From Myxococcota bacterium (GTDB lineage Bacteria; Myxococcota_A; UBA796; CAJQPC01), in contig JAZAMN010000009.1 of NCBI GenBank assembly GCA_036229005.1, positions 1 through 47,744 on the forward strand: a DNA stretch of 47,744 nt. Direction: 5' to 3'. Positions 9,672-17,821 of this stretch are shown here, piece after piece. Positions within the stretch are counted from its first letter, which is position 1. Each line of letters begins with the position of its first letter. The position numbers and the translations under genes are program-made. Under the pieces are notes generated by a model. The model was given only the letters and a program-made list of their open reading frames with translations. It had not been told where the DNA came from and ran no database searches.

Positions 9672-11167
9672 GCGCCGAGAAGGGGCAGAGCGATCACGAA
9701 GCAGGCGCCAGGGCTGTCCGGCTGCGAAGGGGCCAAGGAGATTGTGCCCCCCGCCCGCTCGATCAGGCTGCGGGAGATCGGGAGCCCCAGGCCGGTGCCG
9801 AGCTCAGCGCCCTTGTTGGTGACGAAGGGCTCGAAGATGGAGTCCCGCAGGTGCTCGGGGACGCCGGGGCCGCTGTCGGCGACGGTGATGCGCAGGGTGT
9901 CTCCCTGAACCTGCCCGCGGATCCAGATGTGGTTCTGGACCATGGACCGGCCCGCCATGGCGTGGGCCGCGTTGACAAAGAGGTTGGTCAGGACCTGGGC
10001 CAGGCTGAGCTCCGAGATGGGCAGCCGCAGCCCCGGGGGCAGCTCCGTGTGGAGGTTCGCGACAGGGATCACCGTGCGGTGCGAGAGGCGCCGCGCCCAG
10101 GCCAGCGCCCGGTCCAGCTCGCAGCGCTCCTCCAGCTCCTGCGGCTTGGTGAAGCGGCTCAGGTCCCGCCCGACGTGGGCGATCTGCTGGACGGCCTGTT
10201 CGATGTGTCCCAGGGACTCGTCCAGGTGGGCGCAGGTGTCTCGGGAGAGCGCGGAGCGCACGCCGGGGTGGGCCAGGTCCGTGCGCAGCAGCTCGAGCTC
10301 CGAGACCAGCACCGTCAGGGGGTTGTTCAGCTCGTGGGCCACGCCCGCGGCCAGGGTGCCCAGGCTGGAGAGCCGGTCCAGCAGCGCGACCTTGCGCTCC
10401 AGCAGGCTCTGCTGGGTCAGGTCCCGCAGGACCAGCACCGCGCCGCTGGGGCTGCCCTTTTCAAGCACCGGGGTGGTGGTGTCCGCGACCACGATGGGCT
10501 TCTCTCCGACGGGCATGGTCGCGGGCTCTCCCCGGACCCTCCTGCCCTCCTGCAGGACCATGTCCAGCACCTTCTCCACCGGGAGCTCGGGGCGCTCCAG
10601 GCGCAGCACGTCGCGGAGATTCCGGCCCTTGAGCTCTTCACCGCTGAGCCGGAGCAGCTCGCAGGCCGCAGGGTTCACGAAGGTGATCCGGCCCTGCAGG
10701 TCCAAGCGGATCACCCCCTCTCCGACGGCCTCCAGCGTGGTCTCGACCCAGCGCCGCTCCTGCTCCAGGTTGCGCTCCAGCAGCTTGCGCCGGCGCGCGA
10801 TGTCCACCGCAGCGAACAGGGTGCCCCGCCGCACCGGCTTGACCAGGTAGCCGTAGGGGTCGGTCAGCATGGCCCGCCGCAGGGTGTCGCGGTCGTCGTG
10901 CGCCGTCAGGAAGATCACCGGGGTGTCCATCCGCTCCCGGATGGTGCGCGCGGCGTCCACCCCGTCGGCCTCGCCGCGGATCCGGATGTCCATCAGGACC
11001 ACGTCCGGCAGCAAGCGGGCGCAGGATTCCACCGCGCCCTCGGCGGTGTCCTCGATCCCCAGGACGGTGAAGCCCAGCTCTTCCAGCGTGAGCTGCAGGT
11101 CCATCGCCAGGATCCGCTCGTCTTCGACCAGCAGGATCCGTCCAGCACCGGTGACGTCTTGATTCAC
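9668..11167 (-). CDS. Hybrid REC-PAS-histidine kinase
   Basis: ILLVEDE...PDVVLMDI...IFLTA...YLVKP receiver; PAS (ITFVNPAACELL); AHELNNPL H-box; NLFVNAAHA, DSGPG, GTGLGL. Confidence 0.9.
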   Translation of the reverse strand: MNQDVTGAGRILLVEDERILAMDLQLTLEELGFTVLGIEDTAEGAVESCARLLPDVVLMDIRIRGEADGVDAARTIRERMDTPVIFLTAHDDRDTLRRAMLTDPYGYLVKPVRRGTLFAAVDIARRRKLLERNLEQERRWVETTLEAVGEGVIRLDLQGRITFVNPAACELLRLSGEELKGRNLRDVLRLERPELPVEKVLDMVLQEGRRVRGEPATMPVGEKPIVVADTTTPVLEKGSPSGAVLVLRDLTQQSLLERKVALLDRLSSLGTLAAGVAHELNNPLTVLVSELELLRTDLAHPGVRSALSRDTCAHLDESLGHIEQAVQQIAHVGRDLSRFTKPQELEERCELDRALAWARRLSHRTVIPVANLHTELPPGLRLPISELSLAQVLTNLFVNAAHAMAGRSMVQNHIWIRGQVQGDTLRITVADSGPGVPEHLRDSIFEPFVTNKGAELGTGLGLPISRSLIERAGGTISLAPSQPDSPGACFVIALPLLGA

Positions 11168-11245
11168 GTTCTTGGCCTCTGCCCCGAAACCTGGGCTAAG
11201 ACCTATCCTAACGCGAAGAGATACGGATCATCCCTTACGCTTGGT

Positions 11246-11662
11246 TCAGATCCTGCCGCGCCCTCCGTGCCGGTGTCCCGAGCGACCGCGCCCCTCTCCG
11301 CGGGGGCCACAGCCGCGCCCGCCTCGCCGGCCCTCCGGACGATCGCCGCGCTCCGGCCGCTCACCGCGCTCACCGCCGCCGCGCACGCCGCCCTTGAGCT
11401 TGCGCATGAAGGCCCCAAACGCGGGCTTCATCTCGGAGAACAGGGCGTTGCCGCGCTCGTGCAGCATGGTCTCGCCAAAGAGCTTGAGCCCCAGGGCGAA
11501 AGACAGCCGCTCGGGCTCGGAGACCAGCTCGCTGCCCTGGATGCGCTCCATGACGGAGAGCACGTCGTCGTGGTTGTGGGTCTGGAAGCTCTGGCTGCGG
11601 CCGGTGGGGCTTCCTTGGGGACCGTCCAGCTCCTGGACGGTGATCTCGTAGTGATGTGCCAT
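11246..11662 (-). CDS. DUF3861-family protein with Arg/Gly-rich C-terminal tail
   Basis: YEITV...NHDD...GLKLFGE.ML...LF.E..PAFGAFMRKLK pattern; RBS aaggag before ATG 11662. Confidence 0.8.
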   Translation of the reverse strand: MAHHYEITVQELDGPQGSPTGRSQSFQTHNHDDVLSVMERIQGSELVSEPERLSFALGLKLFGETMLHERGNALFSEMKPAFGAFMRKLKGGVRGGGERGERPERGDRPEGRRGGRGCGPRGEGRGRSGHRHGGRGRI

Positions 11663-11678
11663 TCGATGGCTCCTTTGA

Positions 11679-11718
11679 TTGACAAAATCAACTAAGCACC
11701 CATGATTGACACCGTCAA
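11679..11718. promoter_or_regulatory. Two palindromic operator boxes TTGA-N5-TCAA (probable MarR sites) overlapping a sigma70-like promoter
   Basis: ttgacaaaatcaa (11679-11691) and ttgacaccgtcaa (11706-11718) in the AT-rich spacer between divergent DUF3861 and MarR genes; TTGACA-16-CATGAT points toward marR. Confidence 0.7.
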
Positions 11719-11741
11719 GCATCTGGCGAAGAATGTTCGCC

Positions 11742-12164
11742 ATGTCCGATCCCATCCCCTCCCTGCTGCACCAGATCACCCACCACTTTCGCCGCCGGAT
11801 GTCCCAGGATCCCCAGGTCCAGGCGCTGGGGCTGAGCCCCATGCAGGGGCGCCTGCTGCAGTTCGTGGGCCGCCACCAGCCCACCACCGCCAGCGCCTTC
11901 TCCGAGCACAGCCGGCGGGACCGCGGTCAGGTCACCCGCCTGCTGTCCGGGATGGTCAAGCAGGGCCTGATCCTTCGGGAGGTCAGCCCCCAGGACGGGC
12001 GGGTGCACCTGCTCTCCCTGAGCCCGGAGGGCGCCCGGACCGCCCAGACGCTCCGCGACCACAAGGCCCGCGTAGGCCAGTCGCTGGTGCAAGGACTGGA
12101 TGCCGCGGAGCGCGAGGCTCTGGCGGCGCTGCTCACTCGGCTGCGGGACAGCCTGGAGGCTTGA
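11742..12164 (+). CDS. MarR family transcriptional regulator
   Basis: DRGQVTRLLSGMVKQGLI.R..SPQDGR..LLSLSPEG winged-helix signature; about 140 aa. Confidence 0.9.
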   Translation: MSDPIPSLLHQITHHFRRRMSQDPQVQALGLSPMQGRLLQFVGRHQPTTASAFSEHSRRDRGQVTRLLSGMVKQGLILREVSPQDGRVHLLSLSPEGARTAQTLRDHKARVGQSLVQGLDAAEREALAALLTRLRDSLEA

Positions 12165-12182
12165 TCTCCCCCCCGCGTGGGC

Positions 12183-13181
12183 TCACCCCCAGCGCACCCC
12201 GGCCGCACCCCACGCGTAGGACACCCCGGCGCTGGCGAGGACAACCTTCATGCCGGCCTGCAGCCGCCCACTCTCGGCGCCCAGCTCCAGGCAGAAGATG
12301 GGGTCGAGCTGGCCCATGTGGCCGTAGTCCTCCAGGTACACCGCCCTGTCCTCGCCCAAGCCCAGCTCCCCCAACACTGCGTGGTGCGCCGAGCGCTTCA
12401 TGTGGAGCAGTCCCAGGTAGTCGACCGCCTCAAAGCCGCTCTTCTCCGCCGCCTTTCGGATGACCGACATGAAGTTGGGGTGGCTGCGGTCGCGCAGGCG
12501 GGCCTTCATGGCGTCCACGTCCGTCACGTCCAGCATCATGGCCCCGGTGCCGATGTGCTCGGGCTGCACCGGGCACACCGTGCCGCCAGCATGGACCCGC
12601 ACGTCGTCAGCGAAGTCGCCGTCCGAGATCAGGGCGGTGCCCATCACCAGGTTCTTGTCGTGGCCGCGCCGCAGGACCAGCGCGCCGCCCGCGGCCGCCA
12701 GGGAGTACATGAAGCTCACCCGGGGGTTGCGGTAGTCGATCAGGTCGCCGTTGCGGTAGCCGCCGGCCAGCAGGATGGTGTTGATGCTGTCGTCGCTCGC
12801 CATCAGGCCCTTGGCGATCTGCAGGGCGGAGATGGTGGTGCAGCAGCGCTGGGCCAGGTCCACGGCCCAGGCGTTCTTGGCGCCCACGAACTGCTGGATC
12901 TTGATGCCGGAGACCATCAGCGGGTGCTCCTTGTACTCCTCGCTGATGGAGAGCACGACGTCGATCTCCAGGGGGTCCACCCCAGCCTTGTCCAGGGCGG
13001 CCTTGGCGGCGCGCGCCCCCATGGCGCAGGGGTGGTCGTCCGGGCCGGGCATGGGCTTGCGGTGCACGCCGAACTTGTCCCGGATGATGTTCTCCGGGAT
13101 GCCCGTGGCCTCCGCCAGCTCACCCGAGCTCATGAAGGTGTTGGGGACGTAGGTTCCGGTAGAGAGGATGCCGACCTGCAC
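12183..13181 (-). CDS. 3-oxoacyl-ACP synthase III-like (KAS III superfamily) condensing enzyme, Cys-His-His type
   Basis: GILSTGTYVP, DLAQRCCT (catalytic Cys), LLHMK, EDYGHMG, SAGVSYAWG; GTG 13181 with ggag RBS (alternative ATG 13199). Confidence 0.85.
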   Translation of the reverse strand: MQVGILSTGTYVPNTFMSSGELAEATGIPENIIRDKFGVHRKPMPGPDDHPCAMGARAAKAALDKAGVDPLEIDVVLSISEEYKEHPLMVSGIKIQQFVGAKNAWAVDLAQRCCTTISALQIAKGLMASDDSINTILLAGGYRNGDLIDYRNPRVSFMYSLAAAGGALVLRRGHDKNLVMGTALISDGDFADDVRVHAGGTVCPVQPEHIGTGAMMLDVTDVDAMKARLRDRSHPNFMSVIRKAAEKSGFEAVDYLGLLHMKRSAHHAVLGELGLGEDRAVYLEDYGHMGQLDPIFCLELGAESGRLQAGMKVVLASAGVSYAWGAAGVRWG

Positions 13182-13191
13182 GAGCGCTCCG

Positions 13192-13236
13192 TTTTGCATC
13201 GCAACACTATCGCCGGCCCGAGCGTGCTGCAACGCA
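13192..13236 (-). promoter_or_regulatory. Sigma70-like promoter TTGCAG-N17-TAGTGT overlapped by two TGC-N3-GCA boxes
   Basis: -35 at 13227-13232 and -10 at 13204-13209 (17-nt spacer); minus-strand boxes TGCGTTGCAGCA (13225-13236) and TGCGATGCAAAA (13192-13203). Confidence 0.55.
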
Positions 13237-13246
13237 CCACGGGGCC

Positions 13247-14809
13247 TCAGATCTCGCGGGGCCCGCCCTGTCCTCGCCAGGACACGCCGTAGAGATCTGT
13301 GCGTCGATCCTGCCAGTTCTGCGTTGTGCCGCTCAACTTGTGGCGCCGCACGAGCTCTGTATCCAGCACCGAGACCAGCACCGTCTCGATGTTGGGGGAG
13401 GCCTCCGCCGCGACCTGGTTCCACGGGAAGTCGATGTCCGAGGGGGTGTAGAAGCCGGACTGGGCGAAGTGGATGTCGGCGTTCTCGACGAAGGGCAGGT
13501 TGCCCACGCAGCCGGCGGTCACCACGAACATGTGGTTCTCGATGCAGCGGGCCTGGGCGCAGGTGCGCACCCGCAGGTGGCCGTAGCGGTCGTTGGTGTT
13601 GTAGGGCACGAACAGGATGCGGGCGCCCTTGTCGGCGACCACGCGCACGAGCTCGGGGAACTCCACGTCGTAGCAGATGACCAGGCCGATGGGGCCGATG
13701 TCGGTCTCGAAGACCTCGACGCTGTCGCCGCCCTTGACGCCCCACCAGCGGGCCTCGCTGGGGGTGACGTGGATCTTCTTCTGCTGGCCGATCGTGCCGT
13801 CCCGGCGGAAGAGGTAGGCGATGTTGTAGAGGTCGTCGCCCTCCACCGTGAACTGGCTGCCGCCGATGATGTTGACGTTGTAGCGAACGGCCAGATCCGT
13901 GAACAACTCCAGGTACTTGGGGGTGAACTCGGCCAACTGGCGGGCGGCCTGGGCGGGCCGGCCCTCGACCAGGGTGAGGAGCTGGAGGGTGAAGAGCTCG
14001 GGGAAGAGCAGCACGTCGGCCTGGTAGTCGGCGCCGGTGTCCACGAAGAACTCGACCTGGCGCTCGAAGTCCTCCCAGCTCTTGAGATCGCGCATCTGGT
14101 ACTGGACGATGCCTGCGCGCACGGGGCGGGTCGCGCGGCGGGCGGTGCGGCGCTTGGGGACGTACTCCAGGTTGGACCACTCCAGGTGGGTGGCGTAGCC
14201 GGCGCTGTCCTCGTCGCTGCTCAGGTAGTCGGGGATGAGCTCGCGCAGCACGAAGCCGTTGGAGAGCTGGGCCGTGAGCACGGGGTCGACCAGGCGCTTG
14301 TCCATCACGGCCTCGACGTACTCGCGGGCGCTGAGCTCGTCCTTGTGGGCGCCGTAGCCGGGGATGCGGCCGCCGATGGCGATGCGGGCCAGGCCCAGCT
14401 CGCGCACCAGCTCCTTGCGGGCCTCGTACAGGCGGCGGGACAGGCGGCGGCCGCGGTAGGCGGGGTCGACCTGGATCTCGATGCCATAGAGGGTGTCCCC
14501 CTCCGGGTCGTGGTTGCGGATCATGCCGTTGTCGCTGACGGACTCCCAGTCGTGGAGCTGGGCGTAGTCGTCGTCGTCGATGATCAGGCTGGCCGCGCTG
14601 GCGATCAGGTGGCCCTCGTACTCGATGCAGATCTGCCCCTCGGGGAAGATCTGGAGCTGGCTGCGGAACTCCTCCCGCGTCCACGGGGCCATGTCGGGGA
14701 AGCAGCGCTGCTGCAGGTCGACGATGGCGTCGTAGTCGTCCAGGCGGCAACGACGCAGCTCGAGGGGGTTCTCAAAGTCGGAGAGATCGAGCTTCACGGG
14801 GCGCTTCAC
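13247..14809 (-). CDS. Bifunctional GNAT N-acetyltransferase / carbon-nitrogen hydrolase (nitrilase superfamily)
   Basis: N-terminal FPEGQ, VDPAYRGRRLSRRLY, GGRIPGY; C-terminal Glu-Lys-Cys triad in FPELF, QKKIH, ICYDVEFPE, plus ARCIEN; GTG 14809 with ggag RBS. Confidence 0.9.
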   Translation of the reverse strand: MKRPVKLDLSDFENPLELRRCRLDDYDAIVDLQQRCFPDMAPWTREEFRSQLQIFPEGQICIEYEGHLIASAASLIIDDDDYAQLHDWESVSDNGMIRNHDPEGDTLYGIEIQVDPAYRGRRLSRRLYEARKELVRELGLARIAIGGRIPGYGAHKDELSAREYVEAVMDKRLVDPVLTAQLSNGFVLRELIPDYLSSDEDSAGYATHLEWSNLEYVPKRRTARRATRPVRAGIVQYQMRDLKSWEDFERQVEFFVDTGADYQADVLLFPELFTLQLLTLVEGRPAQAARQLAEFTPKYLELFTDLAVRYNVNIIGGSQFTVEGDDLYNIAYLFRRDGTIGQQKKIHVTPSEARWWGVKGGDSVEVFETDIGPIGLVICYDVEFPELVRVVADKGARILFVPYNTNDRYGHLRVRTCAQARCIENHMFVVTAGCVGNLPFVENADIHFAQSGFYTPSDIDFPWNQVAAEASPNIETVLVSVLDTELVRRHKLSGTTQNWQDRRTDLYGVSWRGQGGPREI

Positions 14810-14843
14810 GGGGACTCCAGGGTGCTCCCCGGGATGGTCCGCG

Positions 14844-15518
14844 TCAGGCGTCCGCGTGCGGGGGCGATTGGGCGACGTATTCCGGCAACCGGGCGCTGGG
14901 GAGGCCGGCGCGGAGGGGAAGGCAGCTCTCGGGCAGCGCGTCCACGACAGTGTGTCCTCGCCGATGGAGGGCATCCAGAAAGATGGGGAGCCGCCCCATG
15001 GCCCCGGGGAGTATGTCGTGGAGCACGACCAGCACGTGATCCTCTCCTGACTCGACCTGCTGGAGCGCGGTGTCCACCCAGCCGCGCTCGTCCAGCCAGT
15101 CGCCGGGCACGCTGTTCCAGAGCACGCAGGTGGCCTGCTGGGCGATCAGCCAGTCGCGAGCGGCGGGAGAGAGCAGGTGGGGGCCGAGCTTTCCGCCGCC
15201 GCCAAAGGGCCGGAAGAGGCGGGGCTCACCGGCGGGCAGCAGGGGGTCGAGCAGGTCCTGGGTGGCCTGCAGCTCGAGCTGGACGGCGTCGGGGCGCGGG
15301 TCCACGCCAAGCGGCGTCTCGTGGGTGTAGCTGTGGTTTCCGATGCGGTGGCCCTGCGCGACGATTTCGCGCGCGAGCGAGCGGCCGGTGTCGGTGGCCA
15401 GGTGCTTGCCCAGGACAAAGAAGCTGGCCCGGTGGCCCCGCTGCTGGAGGAGCTCCAGGACCAGCGGGGTGCCCTCGGGGTGCGGCCCGTTGTCGAAGCT
15501 GAGGTGGACCCGCGCCAC
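14844..15518 (-). CDS. Polysaccharide deacetylase (NodB/CE4) family protein, no signal peptide
   Basis: LSFDNGP, FFVLG, GNHSYTH, FRPFGG, VLHD. Confidence 0.85.
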   Translation of the reverse strand: MARVHLSFDNGPHPEGTPLVLELLQQRGHRASFFVLGKHLATDTGRSLAREIVAQGHRIGNHSYTHETPLGVDPRPDAVQLELQATQDLLDPLLPAGEPRLFRPFGGGGKLGPHLLSPAARDWLIAQQATCVLWNSVPGDWLDERGWVDTALQQVESGEDHVLVVLHDILPGAMGRLPIFLDALHRRGHTVVDALPESCLPLRAGLPSARLPEYVAQSPPHADA

Positions 15519-16121
15519 TCAGGCCGACTCGCCGGGGGTGTAGGCGGGGGCGCCGCGGAGCTTCCGGTGCTCGTTGTTGGCGACGGTCACGCCGGCCAGC
15601 CAGTCCTTGAGGTCCTGGTGGGCGGTCTTGGCGTGCCGCTCCATGATCTCCACGGTCTCGGGGACCTTGGTGGTGAACTCGATCTGCATGCCGTTGGGGT
15701 CGTGCATGTAGATGCTGTAGCAGTAGCCGTGGTCGATCACCATGTGGTCGTAGCCGGCGGCGTTCAGGCGCTCCTTGGTGGCGAAAACCTCCTCCTTGGA
15801 GGCGACCTCCAGCGCGATGTGGTGGTCGAAGGGGTCCTGCTTGCCCTGGATCTTGGAGGGCGGGTACTTGTCCTCCTGGAACTGGAAGAAGGCCAGGGCG
15901 CTGCCGTCCGCGAACTCGAAGAAGCAGTGGATGTAGTTGCTGGGCTCCTCCGTCACGGGGTCGGTGGTCTCGACGAAGGTGCCGATCAGCGGCAGCCCCA
16001 GGATGTCCTCGTAGAAGGCGCGCGTGGCCTCCATGTCGGCGGTCCGGTAGGCGTGGTGGTGGAACATCTTGACCGGGATCTTGGCCCGGCGGCTCAGGGT
16101 TTCCTTGGACACTTGGCTCAC
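15519..16121 (-). CDS. VOC (glyoxalase/bleomycin resistance/extradiol dioxygenase) family protein
   Basis: HHHAY..D...T..FY..ILGL, HHIAL, SIY..DPNG.QIEF; coupled to both neighbours. Confidence 0.88.
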   Translation of the reverse strand: MSQVSKETLSRRAKIPVKMFHHHAYRTADMEATRAFYEDILGLPLIGTFVETTDPVTEEPSNYIHCFFEFADGSALAFFQFQEDKYPPSKIQGKQDPFDHHIALEVASKEEVFATKERLNAAGYDHMVIDHGYCYSIYMHDPNGMQIEFTTKVPETVEIMERHAKTAHQDLKDWLAGVTVANNEHRKLRGAPAYTPGESA

Positions 16122-17026
16122 TTGGATCCTCCGGATTTCAGGGGCAGGGACTCGATGATGGCGGCGGCCTGGACGTCCTCATCCACGATGGGGCTGTCCA
16201 GCACGCCGATGGACTCGATGGAGACGCTGCAGGTCTCCCCAGGGACCAGGTAGCGGGGGGGCTTGCGCGCGAAGCCGATGCCGCTGGGGGTGCCCATGGC
16301 GATCACGTCGCCGGCCTGGAGCTCGCAGGCGACCGAGAGCAGGGCGATGGTGCGGGCCACGTCGAACACAAAAGCGCCGGTGTCGCCGGACTGGAGCTGC
16401 TCGTCGCCCACGTGGGTGGCCAGCTTGAGGCCGGCCGCGCCCGGGGGGAGCTCGTCGGGGGTGACCAGGTCCGGGCCCAGGGCGCCGGTGCCGTGGAAGT
16501 TCTTGCCGATGGTCCACTGGTGGGTGGCCACCTGCCAGTCGCGGATGGAGCCGTCGTTGAACACGGTGTACCCGGCCACGTGCTCCAGCGCGCGCTCCTG
16601 GGGGATGCGCCGGCCGCCGGTGCCGATGACCACGGCCAGCTCGACCTCGTAGTCCAGCATGTGCGACTCGGGGGGGCGCAGCATGGGCTCGCGGTGGCCG
16701 ATCAGCGTGCTGGGCAGGCGGGTGAAGATCACCGGGAACTCGGGCACGGGCAGCTTGGCCTCGGCCGCGTGATCCACGTCGTTGAGGCCCAGGCAGTAGA
16801 AGGCCGGGGGGTTGGGGACGACGGGTCGGTAGCGGAAGGATCCAGGGATCACCTCCGCAGACCCCAGGGCCGCGCGCGCTCTGTCCATCGCGTCCGCACC
16901 CGAGGACAACAGGGCGCTCAGGTCGGTGCCCAGGCTGGGGTCCGCCGCGCTGAGGTTTCGGTACTTGCCGTCGACCAGGGCGGCCAGGACGGGCTGGTCA
17001 TCGACCAAGAGGGAAGCCAGACGCAT
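16118..17026 (-). CDS. Fumarylacetoacetate hydrolase (FAH) family protein
   Basis: LDYEVELAVVIG, AGYTVFNDGSIRD, GKNF, GDVIAMGTPSG. Confidence 0.9.
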   Translation of the reverse strand: MRLASLLVDDQPVLAALVDGKYRNLSAADPSLGTDLSALLSSGADAMDRARAALGSAEVIPGSFRYRPVVPNPPAFYCLGLNDVDHAAEAKLPVPEFPVIFTRLPSTLIGHREPMLRPPESHMLDYEVELAVVIGTGGRRIPQERALEHVAGYTVFNDGSIRDWQVATHQWTIGKNFHGTGALGPDLVTPDELPPGAAGLKLATHVGDEQLQSGDTGAFVFDVARTIALLSVACELQAGDVIAMGTPSGIGFARKPPRYLVPGETCSVSIESIGVLDSPIVDEDVQAAAIIESLPLKSGGSK

Positions 17027-17083
17027 TCAGGGGCTCCGAGCACAGGGAAGGGGCGTTGGAGGTTCGTGTGGACACTAACTCAG

Positions 17084-17095
17084 ATTGTCGACATT
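17084..17095. promoter_or_regulatory. GntR/FadR-type operator palindrome (aTTGTCGACAtt)
   Basis: Perfect TGTCGACA core at 17086-17093 in the AT-rich spacer between divergent FAH operon and GntR gene. Confidence 0.6.
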
Positions 17096-17152
17096 CTTGC
17101 AGGGTGTGTTCAATTCCTTGTCATTCGGTCTGCAAGGTGTGAGGAGGGCCCC

Positions 17153-17818
17153 GTGAGCGACCCCAAGACCCACTCCAGCCGCCTGACCGACCGCCTGCGC
17201 GAAGAGATCCTGAGCGGCGCGGTCCCCCCCGCCTCCAAGCTCAAGCTGGCGCCCCTGGCCGAGCGCTTCGAGGTGAGCCGCGGGCCCCTGCGCGAGGCCG
17301 CCACCCGCCTGGTGAGCGAGGGCCTGGTCACCCTGGAGGACCAGCGCGGGTTCACCGTGGCGGGCATCTCGCGGGAAGATCTGCTGGACCTGACGCAGAC
17401 CCGCCAGCGCATCGAGGTGCTGGCCCTGCGGGACGCGATCCAGCACGGCGATCTGGCCTGGGAGGGGCGCGTGATGGCGGCCTGCCACATGCTGGATCGG
17501 GTCACGCCGCCCACGGGCACGGCGGGCTTCACGAACCGCCACGCCGAGTTCCACCGCGAGCTGGTCTCCGCGTGTCCTTCGGCGTACCTCCTGAACTTTC
17601 GGGAGCAGCTCTACGCCCTGACCCAGCGCTACCGCAACCTGGCGGCGCACCTGCCCGCGGGCAAGCGGGACATCCGGGCCGAGCACTGGGGGATCGCCGA
17701 GGCCGCGGTCTCTCGGGACGCCGAGGGGGCCTGCAGGCGCTTGCAGGATCACCTGCACCGCACGGCCACCGCCCTGCTCGAGAACTACCCGGAGCTGTTC
17801 GGCTCCTACGAGGACTGA
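17153..17818 (+). CDS. GntR family regulator (FCD domain)
   Basis: LREEILSG...LAERFEVSRGPLREA..RL..EGLV...RGF.V HTH; FH..LV and EH..I..A; RBS gaggagg before GTG 17153. Confidence 0.9.
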   Translation: MSDPKTHSSRLTDRLREEILSGAVPPASKLKLAPLAERFEVSRGPLREAATRLVSEGLVTLEDQRGFTVAGISREDLLDLTQTRQRIEVLALRDAIQHGDLAWEGRVMAACHMLDRVTPPTGTAGFTNRHAEFHRELVSACPSAYLLNFREQLYALTQRYRNLAAHLPAGKRDIRAEHWGIAEAAVSRDAEGACRRLQDHLHRTATALLENYPELFGSYED

Positions 17819-17821
17819 CGC

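Noticed and set aside
12183..14750. 855-aa ORF suggesting a giant KAS III fusion
   Set aside because: Its N-terminal part is an off-frame overlap of the GNAT-nitrilase gene; the real gene has its own promoter and RBS near 13181-13232.
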